In this document: one piece after another, positions 23,181 to 32,000 of the stretch | How the letters are laid out: every line of letters begins with the position of its first letter | How positions within the stretch are numbered: the first letter of the stretch is position 1 | Program-made: the position numbers and the translations under genes | Notes under the pieces: generated by a model | What the model was told of the DNA's origin: nothing | The model's database searches: none | What the model saw: the letters and a program-made list of their open reading frames with translations, nothing else | Source of the DNA: Candidatus Moranella endobia PCIT | GTDB taxonomy: Bacteria; Pseudomonadota; Gammaproteobacteria; Enterobacterales; Enterobacteriaceae | Reading direction: 5' to 3' | DNA length: 32,000 nucleotides | NCBI RefSeq assembly: GCF_000219175.1 | Contig: NC_015735.1 | Location: forward strand, 270,001 to 302,000

Positions 23181-23990
23181 ATGGATACCTATGCCGTTTT
23201 TGGCAATCCTATTCACCACAGTCGTTCACCATACATTCATGCGCTTTTTGCTACTTTAACCGGTTTATCCCACCCTTATAAACGAGTTATGGCGCCGCTG
23301 GAAAGTTTTGAACACACGTTGTGGCATTTCTTTGAAGCAGGCGGTTTAGGAGCGAATATTACCCTACCGTTTAAAGAACGTGCCTTCTCTTTATGCGATA
23401 AATTAACCGAACGTGGGTTGTTGGCCGGAGCAGTAAATACTATCAAGAAACTACCAGATGGATCATACCTGGGGGATAACACTGACGGCATTGGCTTAGT
23501 AAGTGATTTAAAGCGTCTTCATATACTGCGTCAAGACAGTAGGGTGCTATTAATTGGTGCGGGCGGCGCAACGCGTGGTGTGATTCAGCCTTTGCTGGCT
23601 TATGGCTGCCAAATTGTACTTACCAACCGTACTTTTTCCCGTGCGCAGAAACTGGTAGATTTTTACCACAGCGATATTAGTGCGCTACCGCTGGAACAAC
23701 TCAGAACGCCTGATTACGATCTAATTATTAATGCAACATCGACTGGTGTACAGGGTAACATCCCAATACTGCCTGTGTCGGTTATTACACCAGTAGTTTG
23801 CTGTTACGATATGTTTTATCAACCAGGTGGCGATACGCCTTTTATCACCTGGTGTCGACGGCACGGTGCGCTCATCTGCGCCGATGGGCTTGGTATGCTG
23901 GTGGGCCAAGCCGCCTCAGCATTTTTACTGTGGCATGGCGTATTGCCACCAATTTTGCCGGTGCTAAAAATCCTGCGCGCGGAGCTATAA
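23181..23990 (+). CDS. aroE: shikimate dehydrogenase
   Basis: 269-aa ORF starting [20 protein letters not shown], with [29 protein letters not shown] and [17 protein letters not shown] lies upstream. Confidence 0.95.
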   Translation: MDTYAVFGNPIHHSRSPYIHALFATLTGLSHPYKRVMAPLESFEHTLWHFFEAGGLGANITLPFKERAFSLCDKLTERGLLAGAVNTIKKLPDGSYLGDNTDGIGLVSDLKRLHILRQDSRVLLIGAGGATRGVIQPLLAYGCQIVLTNRTFSRAQKLVDFYHSDISALPLEQLRTPDYDLIINATSTGVQGNIPILPVSVITPVVCCYDMFYQPGGDTPFITWCRRHGALICADGLGMLVGQAASAFLLWHGVLPPILPVLKILRAEL

Positions 23991-24083
23991 TGCGCTCTAT
24001 GAATGTCTCTGCTGATAAATGTTCAAAATTTGACGCAGTTGTAGTAAACAACTGTAGTAAAAGGTGATACCATACAAGTATTG

Positions 24084-24160
24084 CGGTGAGTGGCGCAGTC
24101 TGGTAGCGCAATACGTTCGGGACGTATTGGTCGGAGGTTCAAATCCTCTCTCACCGACCA
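24084..24160 (+). tRNA. proK: tRNA-Pro (anticodon CGG), CCA encoded
   Basis: The sequence is CGGTGAGTGGCGCAGTCTGGTAGCGCAATACGTTCGGGACGTATTGGTCGGAGGTTCAAATCCTCTCTCACCGACCA. It forms a clean cloverleaf with anticodon loop TTCGGGA. It is near-identical to E. coli proK as I recall it. Confidence 0.93.
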
Positions 24161-24204
24161 ATGGTTTAGTAACAGCCAGGTGCCGATCTTCTTAATTCAC
24201 TTAC

Positions 24205-24780
24205 TTAATAGTAAGAGTGTTTGCCGTGATGGTGCTCCGTTGAATCCCGTACTCCCTTAAGCTCAGGAAATCTTTCTAGCAGCTTTTTCTCAATCAATGT
24301 TTTAAGTGTGTAGTCCACCATAGAACAACCGTTACAGCCACCGCTGAAATGAAGAATAGCAAACATATCATTAGTTATTCCTATGAGTTTTACTTGACCA
24401 CCATGGCTTGCCAACTGCGGATTAATCTGCGATAGTAATAAAAATTCCACACGTTCAATCAGCGGAGCATCGTCGCTCACTTGGTGCATTTTAACGTTTG
24501 GTGCTTTCAGCGTAAGCTTCGAACCAAGTTTATCTGTGACGAAATTAATTTCTGCATCCTGCAAGTAAGGCGCGGATATATTATCAATATAGGCAGATAT
24601 TGTATCGAACTTTAGCTCAGTATCAGTGGCATCTATCGTGTTTGGTAAGCAATACGAAACACCACATTCTGCATTAGGTGTACCAGGATTAATAACAAAT
24701 ACACGAATCTGTGTACCCGGTTCTTGAGTTGATAATAATTTAGCAAAATGCTCTTGAGCAGCATTAGTAATCCTAATCAT
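24205..24780 (-). CDS. nfuA: Fe-S cluster biogenesis protein NfuA
   Basis: 191-aa ORF starting [16 protein letters not shown], with [23 protein letters not shown] and the ending [10 protein letters not shown]. It is collinear with E. coli NfuA. Confidence 0.95.
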   Translation of the reverse strand: MIRITNAAQEHFAKLLSTQEPGTQIRVFVINPGTPNAECGVSYCLPNTIDATDTELKFDTISAYIDNISAPYLQDAEINFVTDKLGSKLTLKAPNVKMHQVSDDAPLIERVEFLLLSQINPQLASHGGQVKLIGITNDMFAILHFSGGCNGCSMVDYTLKTLIEKKLLERFPELKGVRDSTEHHHGKHSYY

Positions 24781-25490
24781 AATATTTTCTCAATCAATAG
24801 AAAATAACTAAACATTATATAATATTTCACTATAACAGCGCTGTTTAAGCATGATAAAATTGTTACTAGCATCATCCATTTGCTGAACAAACAGATAAAA
24901 TTAGCACAAAAAGAAATTTTATAGCGGGCACATAACACTACACTATATTCTATATTAGAGTAGGAGGGTATACGTAATAACACTTTAATAAGTAACGTTA
25001 ACCATCAACGTTAGTATCAACTAACGCCTGACCCAGGGTAAACTCAATACTCTCAATTTTTGCCATAACTGTTTGGTACTAGAAAAAAGCTGGTAATTGA
25101 CACTAGTGCCAAAACAACGTAGTACAAAAAACCAACTTCAGATTGGCAGCAGCGCTACAAAGCTAAAATTCGCTCTCCAGCAAACAGTTAAGTCAAGAAC
25201 TAACCGAAAAATTATCAGTAATAAATTCTACTTAGTTAGATAGACGACAATATTTTCTGTAATCACCAATGAAACTGTTTACGAAAATGGTTAAGACATC
25301 AACAATAATTTTAATCAGTAGGATCAAAAACAATCACCAGCCGGCAACAGAATATTAGTTAGTAATCATTCAATTATTAATGTTTTCTGCATTTACAGCT
25401 TATTAATGGCTTTACCTCAATATTTACCTGCTAGTATTAGATGTCCTGAAGTTACCTGATGATTATGCGGTGAAAAGTGATCAGTGATTA

Positions 25491-25742
25491 ATGAGGAAAT
25501 TAACGTTGCTATTATTAGCATTGCTTAGCTGGCTACAATATGCTTTGTGGTTAGGTAAAAACGGCATGCACGATTTCGGACTAATCAAGAATGATATTGT
25601 GATTAAAAAAAGTAACAACGCGCAATTAATAGTCCGTAACGATCATTTATTATCCAAACTTAACCAGTTTAACAATTGTTAAACTGGTTAAGAAATATTA
25701 CGTAATGATGTTGATATTATTAACCCTGGTAGCAATGGTTAA
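25491..25742 (+). pseudogene. ftsB: ftsB (cell division protein) interrupted by two in-frame TAA codons
   Basis: The 63-codon ORF reads MRKLTLLLLALLSWLQYALWLGKNGMHDF...VRNDHLL, matching E. coli FtsB residues 1-63. The same frame continues TAA (25680) TG TAA (25689) EILRNDVDIINPGSNG TAA TAA. That tail still resembles FtsB ERARNELSMVRPGETFY. Confidence 0.65.
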
Positions 25743-25851
25743 TAAAACAGAACTGGGCGTATCTGTACGCACTATTACAACACGCGCCTGGTCAGCACAA
25801 ATTACCCCCCTATGCTAGGATGCTTGGCTAGCTAATATGGAGTGTAAACCT

Positions 25852-25888
25852 AAAATAGCTACATCTAATGGTAAATTAGATGTAGCTA
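25852..25888 (-). terminator. intrinsic terminator downstream of maoP
   Basis: A 14-bp perfect stem (25856-25869 pairing with 25875-25888) with a 5-nt loop. On the minus strand it is followed by TTTTAGGTTT. It starts 35 nt after the maoP stop and also faces the ftsB relic. Confidence 0.65.
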
Positions 25889-25922
25889 GCAACAATGGAA
25901 ATCACTTCTCACTCAGTAGTGA

Positions 25923-26261
25923 TCAATCGTCTGTATCAGTATATTCCTCTACTACATCCATATGTGGTTTACCTCCCGACAGAGTATGAAAACGCTTGGG
26001 CCGGCGCGTATACTCGACATATTTGAACCAAACCTTCTCATGTTCATTAGAAGGGACTAATTGACCGTGGCACATGGCAACAAATTGCCGTTCAACGTCG
26101 GTTACAGGTTCCCGTTTGCCGCTGTCAAGATCATTATAGGCATGGCCAAAATGCTCCAATAATTGCGCCTCACGAATAGTAAAATGACCATGACGAGAGA
26201 AGCCATGAGGATAATTTTTGTTATCAAAATAACGAGTAGAAGTAAAAAAGTTGTTAACCAT
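25923..26261 (-). CDS. maoP: macrodomain Ori protein MaoP (YifE, DUF413)
   Basis: 112-aa ORF containing [47 protein letters not shown] and YTDTDD. It is the same length as E. coli YifE and collinear with it as I recall it. Confidence 0.88.
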   Translation of the reverse strand: MVNNFFTSTRYFDNKNYPHGFSRHGHFTIREAQLLEHFGHAYNDLDSGKREPVTDVERQFVAMCHGQLVPSNEHEKVWFKYVEYTRRPKRFHTLSGGKPHMDVVEEYTDTDD

Positions 26262-26306
26262 CTTACATGATCTCCTATCTTTAGAATAAAACTATGCTAT
26301 GTATGT

Positions 26307-26323
26307 ATGGTATGGAGTATTAG
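26307..26323 (-). promoter_or_regulatory. maoS-like site upstream of maoP
   Basis: The minus strand reads CTAATACTCCATACCAT. The E. coli maoS, recalled from memory, is CTAATACTCCGCGCCAT, so 14 of 17 positions match. The site starts 46 nt upstream of the maoP ATG. Confidence 0.5.
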
Positions 26324-26865
26324 GCTTGAATGTGTGTTAAACGCAATATTATCATTAATATAATTATTTTTGGGAGCACGCTACGCCGTTAAAAGGTAAT
26401 TTTTTTCCCAACTTAACCATAATATTAGCCTAATCGCGGTAGGGGAACAGCTGTTGCCCTACACATAATTGATGATTATCTGGCTAGTAGATCACCAAAT
26501 TATAATTTGAAGGCGAATAACAGGTATGTTTGGCTGCCGAACAGCCATTGATATAGTCTTAGCTTAGTAACTTACGATACGACAGGCTAACAGCGTATAA
26601 ACAAGAACATAGCCAGGTTTAACATCTAGCTAGTTACTAATAATTACCATTTAAATAATGTGGTTTTGTCTGAAACTAGCAGCTATTAATGTTAAAAAAA
26701 TAGATGATTGCAAGAACAAGCAATAAGAGTGATTGACAGTTATGTTATTAATAATGATTTTAAATATCATCAAGATGAACGATATTAGCAGTAAATTATT
26801 ATGCCCAATACACTATTTATTACCTACGCGCTTTATCTATATCATGAATTAGCATCAATTCTACT

Positions 26866-26916
26866 GCTTTAGCTTAGCCCAATGAAATGGGCTAAGCTAA
26901 AGCTTGTATTTTTTTT
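26866..26916 (+). terminator. intrinsic terminator oriented for the plus strand, abutting the rpoH stop
   Basis: A 16-bp perfect stem, GCTTTAGCTTAGCCCA (26866-26881) pairing with TGGGCTAAGCTAAAGC (26888-26903), with a 6-nt loop. On the plus strand it is followed by TTGTATTTTTTTT. On the minus (rpoH) strand the A-run precedes the hairpin and no U-tract follows. Confidence 0.55.
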
Positions 26917-26922
26917 CTGTCG

Positions 26923-27780
26923 TCAAGTTTCAATTGCCAGCCGCATTTTCTTCATAGCATTTTTTTCAAGCTGCCGAACACGCTCAGCTGAAACCCCGTA
27001 ACGATTGGCTAGCTCCTGTAGTGTGCTTTTGTTGTCATCATCTAGCCAACGCGCACGTATAATGTCCTGGCTGCGCTCATCGAGACTTTCTAGCACTGTG
27101 CTTAACCTGTCGGTAGCATGATCGTCCCAGTTGTTCTCTTCTATGCGATCGACGAAATTAGATGCTTTATCTTGCAGGTAAAGCATAGGTATCATCGACT
27201 GCCCTGCTTGTATATCATCTTCCGGCGTGGGATCAAACGTGATATCCTGCGCTGCCATGCGGGACTCCATTTCGCGTACATCCTTGCTGGTTACACCCAA
27301 CTCTTTAGCGACGATTTCTACTTCTTGTTGGTTAAACCAGCCTAAACGTTGCTTAGTTTTACGCAAGTTAAAGAACAACTTGCGCTGCGCTTTAGTAGTC
27401 GCTACTTTTACAATACGCCAGTTACGTAGCACATATTCGTGAATTTCTGCCTTGATCCAGTGGACCGCAAATGACACTAACCGCACTCCCACTCCAGGGT
27501 TAAAACGGCGTACAGCTTTCATTAGTCCTATATTGCCTTCCTGAATTAGGTCAGCCTGGGGTAGACCATAACCTGAATAGTTACGCGCAATATGAACAAC
27601 AAAGCGCAAATGAGACAGAATCAGCTGCTTGGCTGCTTCTAAATCTCCTTGATAATGCAGACGTTCAGCTAAAACCTTTTCTTCTTCAGCCGTCAGTATC
27701 TGGTAGGTATTTGTAATCCTAACATAGGCTTCCAAACTGCCCTGGGGAATATAAGCTAACACTTGAATATCTTTGATCAT
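26923..27780 (-). CDS. rpoH: RNA polymerase sigma-32 (heat-shock sigma factor)
   Basis: 285-aa ORF containing [16 protein letters not shown] and the RpoH box [17 protein letters not shown], and ending [27 protein letters not shown]. Confidence 0.97.
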   Translation of the reverse strand: MIKDIQVLAYIPQGSLEAYVRITNTYQILTAEEEKVLAERLHYQGDLEAAKQLILSHLRFVVHIARNYSGYGLPQADLIQEGNIGLMKAVRRFNPGVGVRLVSFAVHWIKAEIHEYVLRNWRIVKVATTKAQRKLFFNLRKTKQRLGWFNQQEVEIVAKELGVTSKDVREMESRMAAQDITFDPTPEDDIQAGQSMIPMLYLQDKASNFVDRIEENNWDDHATDRLSTVLESLDERSQDIIRARWLDDDNKSTLQELANRYGVSAERVRQLEKNAMKKMRLAIET

Positions 27781-28373
27781 TTATGACCTCGCATTAGCAC
27801 CTTGGATGCCGGTTAAAGGTAAACCTGTGACAGATGATGAGATTAACATTAATCTAACAGCAATAATGAATGAATGCTGCCATTCTGTTAGATAATTTAG
27901 AACAAAAGATAGAGATCATATTCCAATACCAATCAATATTGGGATCATAACAAGATCAATAAAATGTCCACTGTCAACCTAAATAACTTTTAGGATCTGC
28001 CAAGCTAGATAACATCACGTGATTAAGCCTCAATCCATATTGCATACCTTGATCATAATCAGTATACCTATCATAGTAGAGATCTGACTAACTAGGTAGG
28101 TCTATGCATAGTTACATTTCCATCTAATACTGTTATTGAGCTTCCTATACAAGAAAAACAAAAAAAATAGTTTTAACCCATTATCAAGAAAGCCAAGCGC
28201 TAGATAGGACTCTGGCCATGTTTATGTTACATATATACAATAGTATTTATTATTACTGCGGAATAGCCATTAACATCTTTCGGCAGGATAGAAGTAAAAT
28301 ACTTTGCAGCATCTTATTTTGCTTCTACTAAAATCAGTTGTGCTTAGTTAACAGTCTAATCATTATTATTTTT

Positions 28374-29492
28374 TTAAGACATACGGGGTAAAAGTGCATC
28401 AATAAAATCCTTCGCTTTAAATGGACGTAAATCATCAATAGCTTCACCTAAGCCTATATATCTAATAGGGATGCCAAATTTTTCAGCAACTGCAAAAATT
28501 ACCCCACCTTTCGCGGTACCATCTAATTTGGTTAGTGTGATACCAGTAACTCCAACTGCTTCATTGAATAACTTGACTTGGTTAACAGTATTTTGCCCGG
28601 TGTTAGCGTCGATAATTAGCATCACCTCATGGGGAGTATCAACATCAAGCTTTTTCATTACACGAACGATTTTCTGTAGTTCGTCCATTAAGTGCGTTTT
28701 ATTCTGTATACGTCCCGCAGTATCTGCTATTAGTACATCAATACAGCGTGCTTTTGCAGTTTTAACAGCATCAAAGATGACTGATGCGGAGTCAGCGCCA
28801 GTTTGTTGCGCCACTACCGGGATATGATTACGTGCTCCCCATGCCTGAAGCTGTTCCACTGCTGCCGCCCGAAATGTATCTCCCGCTGCTAGTATGATGC
28901 TCTTGCCTTCTGCCTGATATTGATAAGCGATTTTACCGATAGTAGTTGTTTTCCCAACGCCGTTAACTCCTACCATAAGAATAACGAACGGGTTTTTACC
29001 AGTTATATTTAGTGGCTGCTCGACGTGAGCAAGTATGTCTGCCATATTTAAGCGTAATTGGCTGTATAGAGCCTTGGTGTCATTTAGCAGCCGCGTGGCG
29101 TTGGCATTCAAACCATCAATTAGTTTTTGCGTAGTCTCAACTCCAACATCGGCAACGAGTAATTGTTCTTCTAATAGTTCGAAAAAAGCATCATCAATTT
29201 TTTTGTTGTGGAACAATCGAATCAATCCAGAGCCTAGATTCAGGCGGGTATTTATTAAACTTTTTTTCAATCTAGCAAATAATCCAACGCCCCTAGAAAC
29301 AGTTGGTACACCGTCTTCTGCTGGCCACGGAATCTTGTTTTCATGCTGTAAGCTAGTTTTCGGAATTTCAGATAAAGTGGCATCATTTGTGCTAGTTGTA
29401 TCTGTATCTTGTTTTGCTTCTGGTTCTCTATCAGCGGCTTGATAGTTCAAGCCAAACCATTGAACTAACATGCTGTTTTTCTTTGTTGCCAT
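28374..29492 (-). CDS. ftsY: signal recognition particle receptor FtsY (short A domain)
   Basis: The NG domain is intact: ILMVGVNGVGKTTTIGK, DTAGR, TKLDGTAKGG and IRYIGLGEAIDDLRPF. I prefer ATG 29492 (MATKKNSMLVQWFGL, compare E. coli MAKEKKRGFFSWLGF). The track's TTG at 29498 is the alternative. AGGAG lies upstream of both. Confidence 0.93.
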   Translation of the reverse strand: MATKKNSMLVQWFGLNYQAADREPEAKQDTDTTSTNDATLSEIPKTSLQHENKIPWPAEDGVPTVSRGVGLFARLKKSLINTRLNLGSGLIRLFHNKKIDDAFFELLEEQLLVADVGVETTQKLIDGLNANATRLLNDTKALYSQLRLNMADILAHVEQPLNITGKNPFVILMVGVNGVGKTTTIGKIAYQYQAEGKSIILAAGDTFRAAAVEQLQAWGARNHIPVVAQQTGADSASVIFDAVKTAKARCIDVLIADTAGRIQNKTHLMDELQKIVRVMKKLDVDTPHEVMLIIDANTGQNTVNQVKLFNEAVGVTGITLTKLDGTAKGGVIFAVAEKFGIPIRYIGLGEAIDDLRPFKAKDFIDALLPRMS

Positions 29493-29779
29493 TGGCAATA
29501 CTACTCCTGATCTAAAATTGATGTAGGGTAAATAATTTATTAGTTATTAGATAATAATCGCCAGTTTACACTTGACCCTAGTGGAACAATACCAAAAATT
29601 AAGCATTTGTTATTTATTCATTACTATTATTTGTTATTAGTACTAGTCATCGTACTAATAACATAGGTGTCAAATAATATTTGACGAGCATTAAATAAAA
29701 CCGTCATTCAAGAATAATATTAAAACTAGTATAGTAGTTACAGCAACTTCATCGTGCCATCAGTGAGTAGAAAAAAACT

Positions 29780-30871
29780 TCAAACGTTAAACATGAAATT
29801 CATTACGTCGCCATCATTAACCACATAATGTTTACCTTCAGAGCGAATTTTACCGGCTTCTTTGGCGCCAAGCTCTCCTTTATAGAAAAGAAAATCTTCA
29901 AAAGAAATAGTCTGCGCTCGAATAAAGCCTTTTCTAAAATCATTATGAATTTTACCGGATGCCTGTAGTGCGGTAGTGCCTACCGAGATGGTCCAGGCGC
30001 GCAATTCTTTTACTCCTACGGTGAAATATGTTTGCAGATTCAACAGTTTATAGCCGGCGCGAATAACGCTAGTTAAACTTGGTTCTACAAAATCAATTCC
30101 CGCCATGAATGTGTTGCGTGCTTCTGTTTTAAGCTTAGCTATATCGGATTCTACCGCGGCACAGATAGTTACCACAATTGACTCCTCAGCCGCGGCGATA
30201 GCACGCACTTGCTCAACATAAGGGTTATTGTCAAAACTATTTTCATTGACATTAGTGATGTACATCATTGGTTTGATCGTCAAAAAACTAAGATAGTCGA
30301 TTGCCTGTTTCTCATCATTGGATAAATTCAATGTTCGTAGCATACCTGCATTGCTCAGTTGTAACAGGCATTTTTTCAGTGCCGATAGCTCCAACTTAGC
30401 ATGATTATCACCACTTTTTGTAAGTTTTTGCACTCTATTAATGGCACGTTCGCATACTTCTAAATCGGATAAAGCAAGCTCGGTGTTAATGACAGCAATA
30501 TCTTCTGCCGGATCGATTTTACCAGCCACATGAATTATATTGTCGTTTGTAAAGCAACGCACGACATGTCCAATCGCTTCAGTTGTACGGATATGATTGA
30601 GGAACTGGTTGCCTAGACCTTCCCCTTGTGATGCGCCTTTTACCAGACCAGCGATATCGACAAACTCCATGGTTGTTGGTACGATACGCTGCGGTTTGAC
30701 AATTTCCGCCAGCTTATCAAGACGGGGATCGGGCATTGGCACCACTCCAGTATTGGGTTGGATAGTACAAAAAGGGAAATTGGCTGCTTTGATTCCTGCT
30801 TTAGTTAATGCATTAAACAAGGTTGATTTACCAACGTTGGGTAACCCAACAATACCGCATTTGAAACCCAT
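29780..30871 (-). CDS. ychF: ribosome-binding ATPase YchF
   Basis: 363-aa ORF starting [23 protein letters not shown], with the ending [13 protein letters not shown]. It is the same length as E. coli YchF. Confidence 0.97.
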   Translation of the reverse strand: MGFKCGIVGLPNVGKSTLFNALTKAGIKAANFPFCTIQPNTGVVPMPDPRLDKLAEIVKPQRIVPTTMEFVDIAGLVKGASQGEGLGNQFLNHIRTTEAIGHVVRCFTNDNIIHVAGKIDPAEDIAVINTELALSDLEVCERAINRVQKLTKSGDNHAKLELSALKKCLLQLSNAGMLRTLNLSNDEKQAIDYLSFLTIKPMMYITNVNENSFDNNPYVEQVRAIAAAEESIVVTICAAVESDIAKLKTEARNTFMAGIDFVEPSLTSVIRAGYKLLNLQTYFTVGVKELRAWTISVGTTALQASGKIHNDFRKGFIRAQTISFEDFLFYKGELGAKEAGKIRSEGKHYVVNDGDVMNFMFNV

Positions 30872-30934
30872 AGTTATTTACCTTACATGACCGAATCATA
30901 AGTTAATAAATTACGGATAGACATAATTTATCTA

Positions 30935-31531
30935 TTATTTCACACAAAAATCAAGCTGGTAGGCATGTAAGCGATTAATAGCCTTCTCGGCATTATTATT
31001 AATCATAATCAGTGTGCAATGTATGGCCTCATCGATAGCACCAGCAATCAACTGTAATTCTGTTTTTGGCGGTTGGCTTAGCACAAAGCTAACAACTTTA
31101 TTTTTGGTACCCGGGTGTCCGATACCAATGCGTAGACGGTAGAATTGTGAATTATTACCAAAACTGCTGATAAGATTTTTCAGACCATTATGGCCGCCAT
31201 GACCACCGTCAAGTTTCAACCTCGCACTACCTGGCAATAGATTAAGTTCGTCGTGAGCAACAAGGACTTCCTCAGGTGCAATGTGGTAGAATTTGGCCAT
31301 CGCCATTACCGCTTTACCACTGAGATTCATAAATGTCGTAGGTACTAACAGTAAGACATTTTTATCACGGATGGTCAACTTACCGGTGTATCCGTAGAAT
31401 TTGCTTTCCTTGTTTAACTTTTGATGGTAGTGCTCTGCCAGTAATTCTACATACCAGGCGCCGGCATTGTGGCGGGTAGTAGCGTATTCTTTTCCTGGAT
31501 TGGAAAGGCCAACAATTAATTTGATTGACAC
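30935..31531 (-). CDS. pth: peptidyl-tRNA hydrolase (GTG start)
   Basis: 198-aa ORF starting (GTG) [25 protein letters not shown], with [18 protein letters not shown] and [10 protein letters not shown]. It shows the pth-ychF adjacency seen in E. coli. Confidence 0.95.
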   Translation of the reverse strand: MSIKLIVGLSNPGKEYATTRHNAGAWYVELLAEHYHQKLNKESKFYGYTGKLTIRDKNVLLLVPTTFMNLSGKAVMAMAKFYHIAPEEVLVAHDELNLLPGSARLKLDGGHGGHNGLKNLISSFGNNSQFYRLRIGIGHPGTKNKVVSFVLSQPPKTELQLIAGAIDEAIHCTLIMINNNAEKAINRLHAYQLDFCVK

Positions 31532-31716
31532 TTGTTGATCTCATGAGAAATTAATCAAAAAGCTCTCAAAACTCTCAGCAATTATCGTCACCACAGATCT
31601 TATAAACTGTTATAAATAAAATACATGAATTTTTTACTACTTTAGGTTCAGTACTTACTTATACAGTTCATTTGGTATGGCAGATAGTATGTTTTGCCTT
31701 CAACTTTATTATTCTT

Positions 31717-31763
31717 AAACCTTATGCTTACCCATACCTCATGCCTGGGTAAGCATAAGGTTT
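31717..31763. terminator. 18-bp perfect stem-loop 5 nt downstream of the prs stop
   Basis: AAACCTTATGCTTACCCA (31717-31734) pairs with TGGGTAAGCATAAGGTTT (31746-31763), with an 11-nt loop. Only the terminal UUU of the stem serves as a U-tract on the prs strand. Confidence 0.5.
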
Positions 31764-31768
31764 GGTTA

Positions 31769-32000
31769 TTAATACTCGAACATAGCTGATATTGATTCTT
31801 CGTTGTTTATTCGGCGGATTGCCTCTGCCAGCATTCCGGATAACGTCAAGGTACGCACATTGGTCAATGCTTGGATGGAAGTATCTAGCGGAATCGTGTC
31901 GCAGACAATTACTTCATCGATCAAAGAATTTTTGATATTTTCATATGCCTGGCCTGAAAAAATTGGATGTGTAGCATAGGCAAATACCCTTTTAGCACCG
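31769..32000 (-). CDS. prs: ribose-phosphate pyrophosphokinase, C-terminal 76 codons; the 5' end lies beyond the window
   Basis: Not in the ORF track because it is truncated by the window edge. My translation reads [76 protein letters not shown] followed by a stop (TAA 31771..31769). This matches the E. coli Prs C-terminus. Confidence 0.92.
   Translation of the reverse strand, partial: GAKRVFAYATHPIFSGQAYENIKNSLIDEVIVCDTIPLDTSIQALTNVRTLTLSGMLAEAIRRINNEESISAMFEY

Noticed and set aside
24777-24983. 68-aa GTG-start ORF whose TGA overlaps the nfuA ATG (ATGA), which suggested translational coupling or a gntX relic.
   Set aside because: The sequence is low-complexity and AT-driven. Resemblance to the GntX C-terminus is only about 4 of 18 residues. 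No SD is present.
25433-25440. Additional CTAATACT octamers (minus strand at 25433-25440 and plus strand at 28124-28131) as possible extra maoS half-sites.
   Set aside because: Only 8 nt match, and then the sequence diverges. That is expected by chance in AT-rich DNA.

Overview
This is a core housekeeping chromosome segment from a gammaproteobacterium with Enterobacterales-type proteins. Nearly every product aligns end to end with the E. coli orthologue as I remember it. The organisation looks like a reduced, host-restricted (endosymbiont-like) genome, though that is an inference.

Intact genes, in order:
- nifJ/ydbK (5' 894 codons, runs off the left edge)
- pgk-fbaA, ruvX and tRNA-Ile2(CAU)
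- rpoD-dnaG-rpsU with divergent tsaD
- efp
- aroQ-accB-accC
- pheT-pheS-rplT-rpmI-infC-thrS
- aroE, tRNA-Pro(CGG), nfuA and maoP
- rpoH and ftsY
- ychF-pth, and the 3' end of prs (runs off the right edge)

By my tally about 80% of the window is coding. The rest is AT-rich spacers of roughly 220-710 bp, and they sit where conserved enterobacterial neighbours are missing: epd, mug, ihfA, pheM, ftsE/ftsX, hdfR, dauA/ychH and ispD/ispF.

I see no IS element, prophage, CRISPR array, restriction, toxin or other defence-like gene. I cannot support any claim of a novel multi-gene system here.

The items worth a second look are signs of gene erosion and retained cis elements:
- ftsB carries two in-frame TAA codons.
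- ftsE-ftsX are deleted between ftsY and rpoH.
- A stop-riddled ihfA relic sits directly after pheT.
- accB and accC are separated by a 457-bp spacer containing a 22-bp perfect palindrome.
- A maoS-like 17-mer lies upstream of maoP.
- A 22-bp perfect stem-loop lies between rpsU and dnaG.
- The pheS leader has no Phe-rich leader peptide.
- The AUU start of infC is conserved, and the ORF track misses it.
- An orphan plus-strand terminator abuts rpoH.
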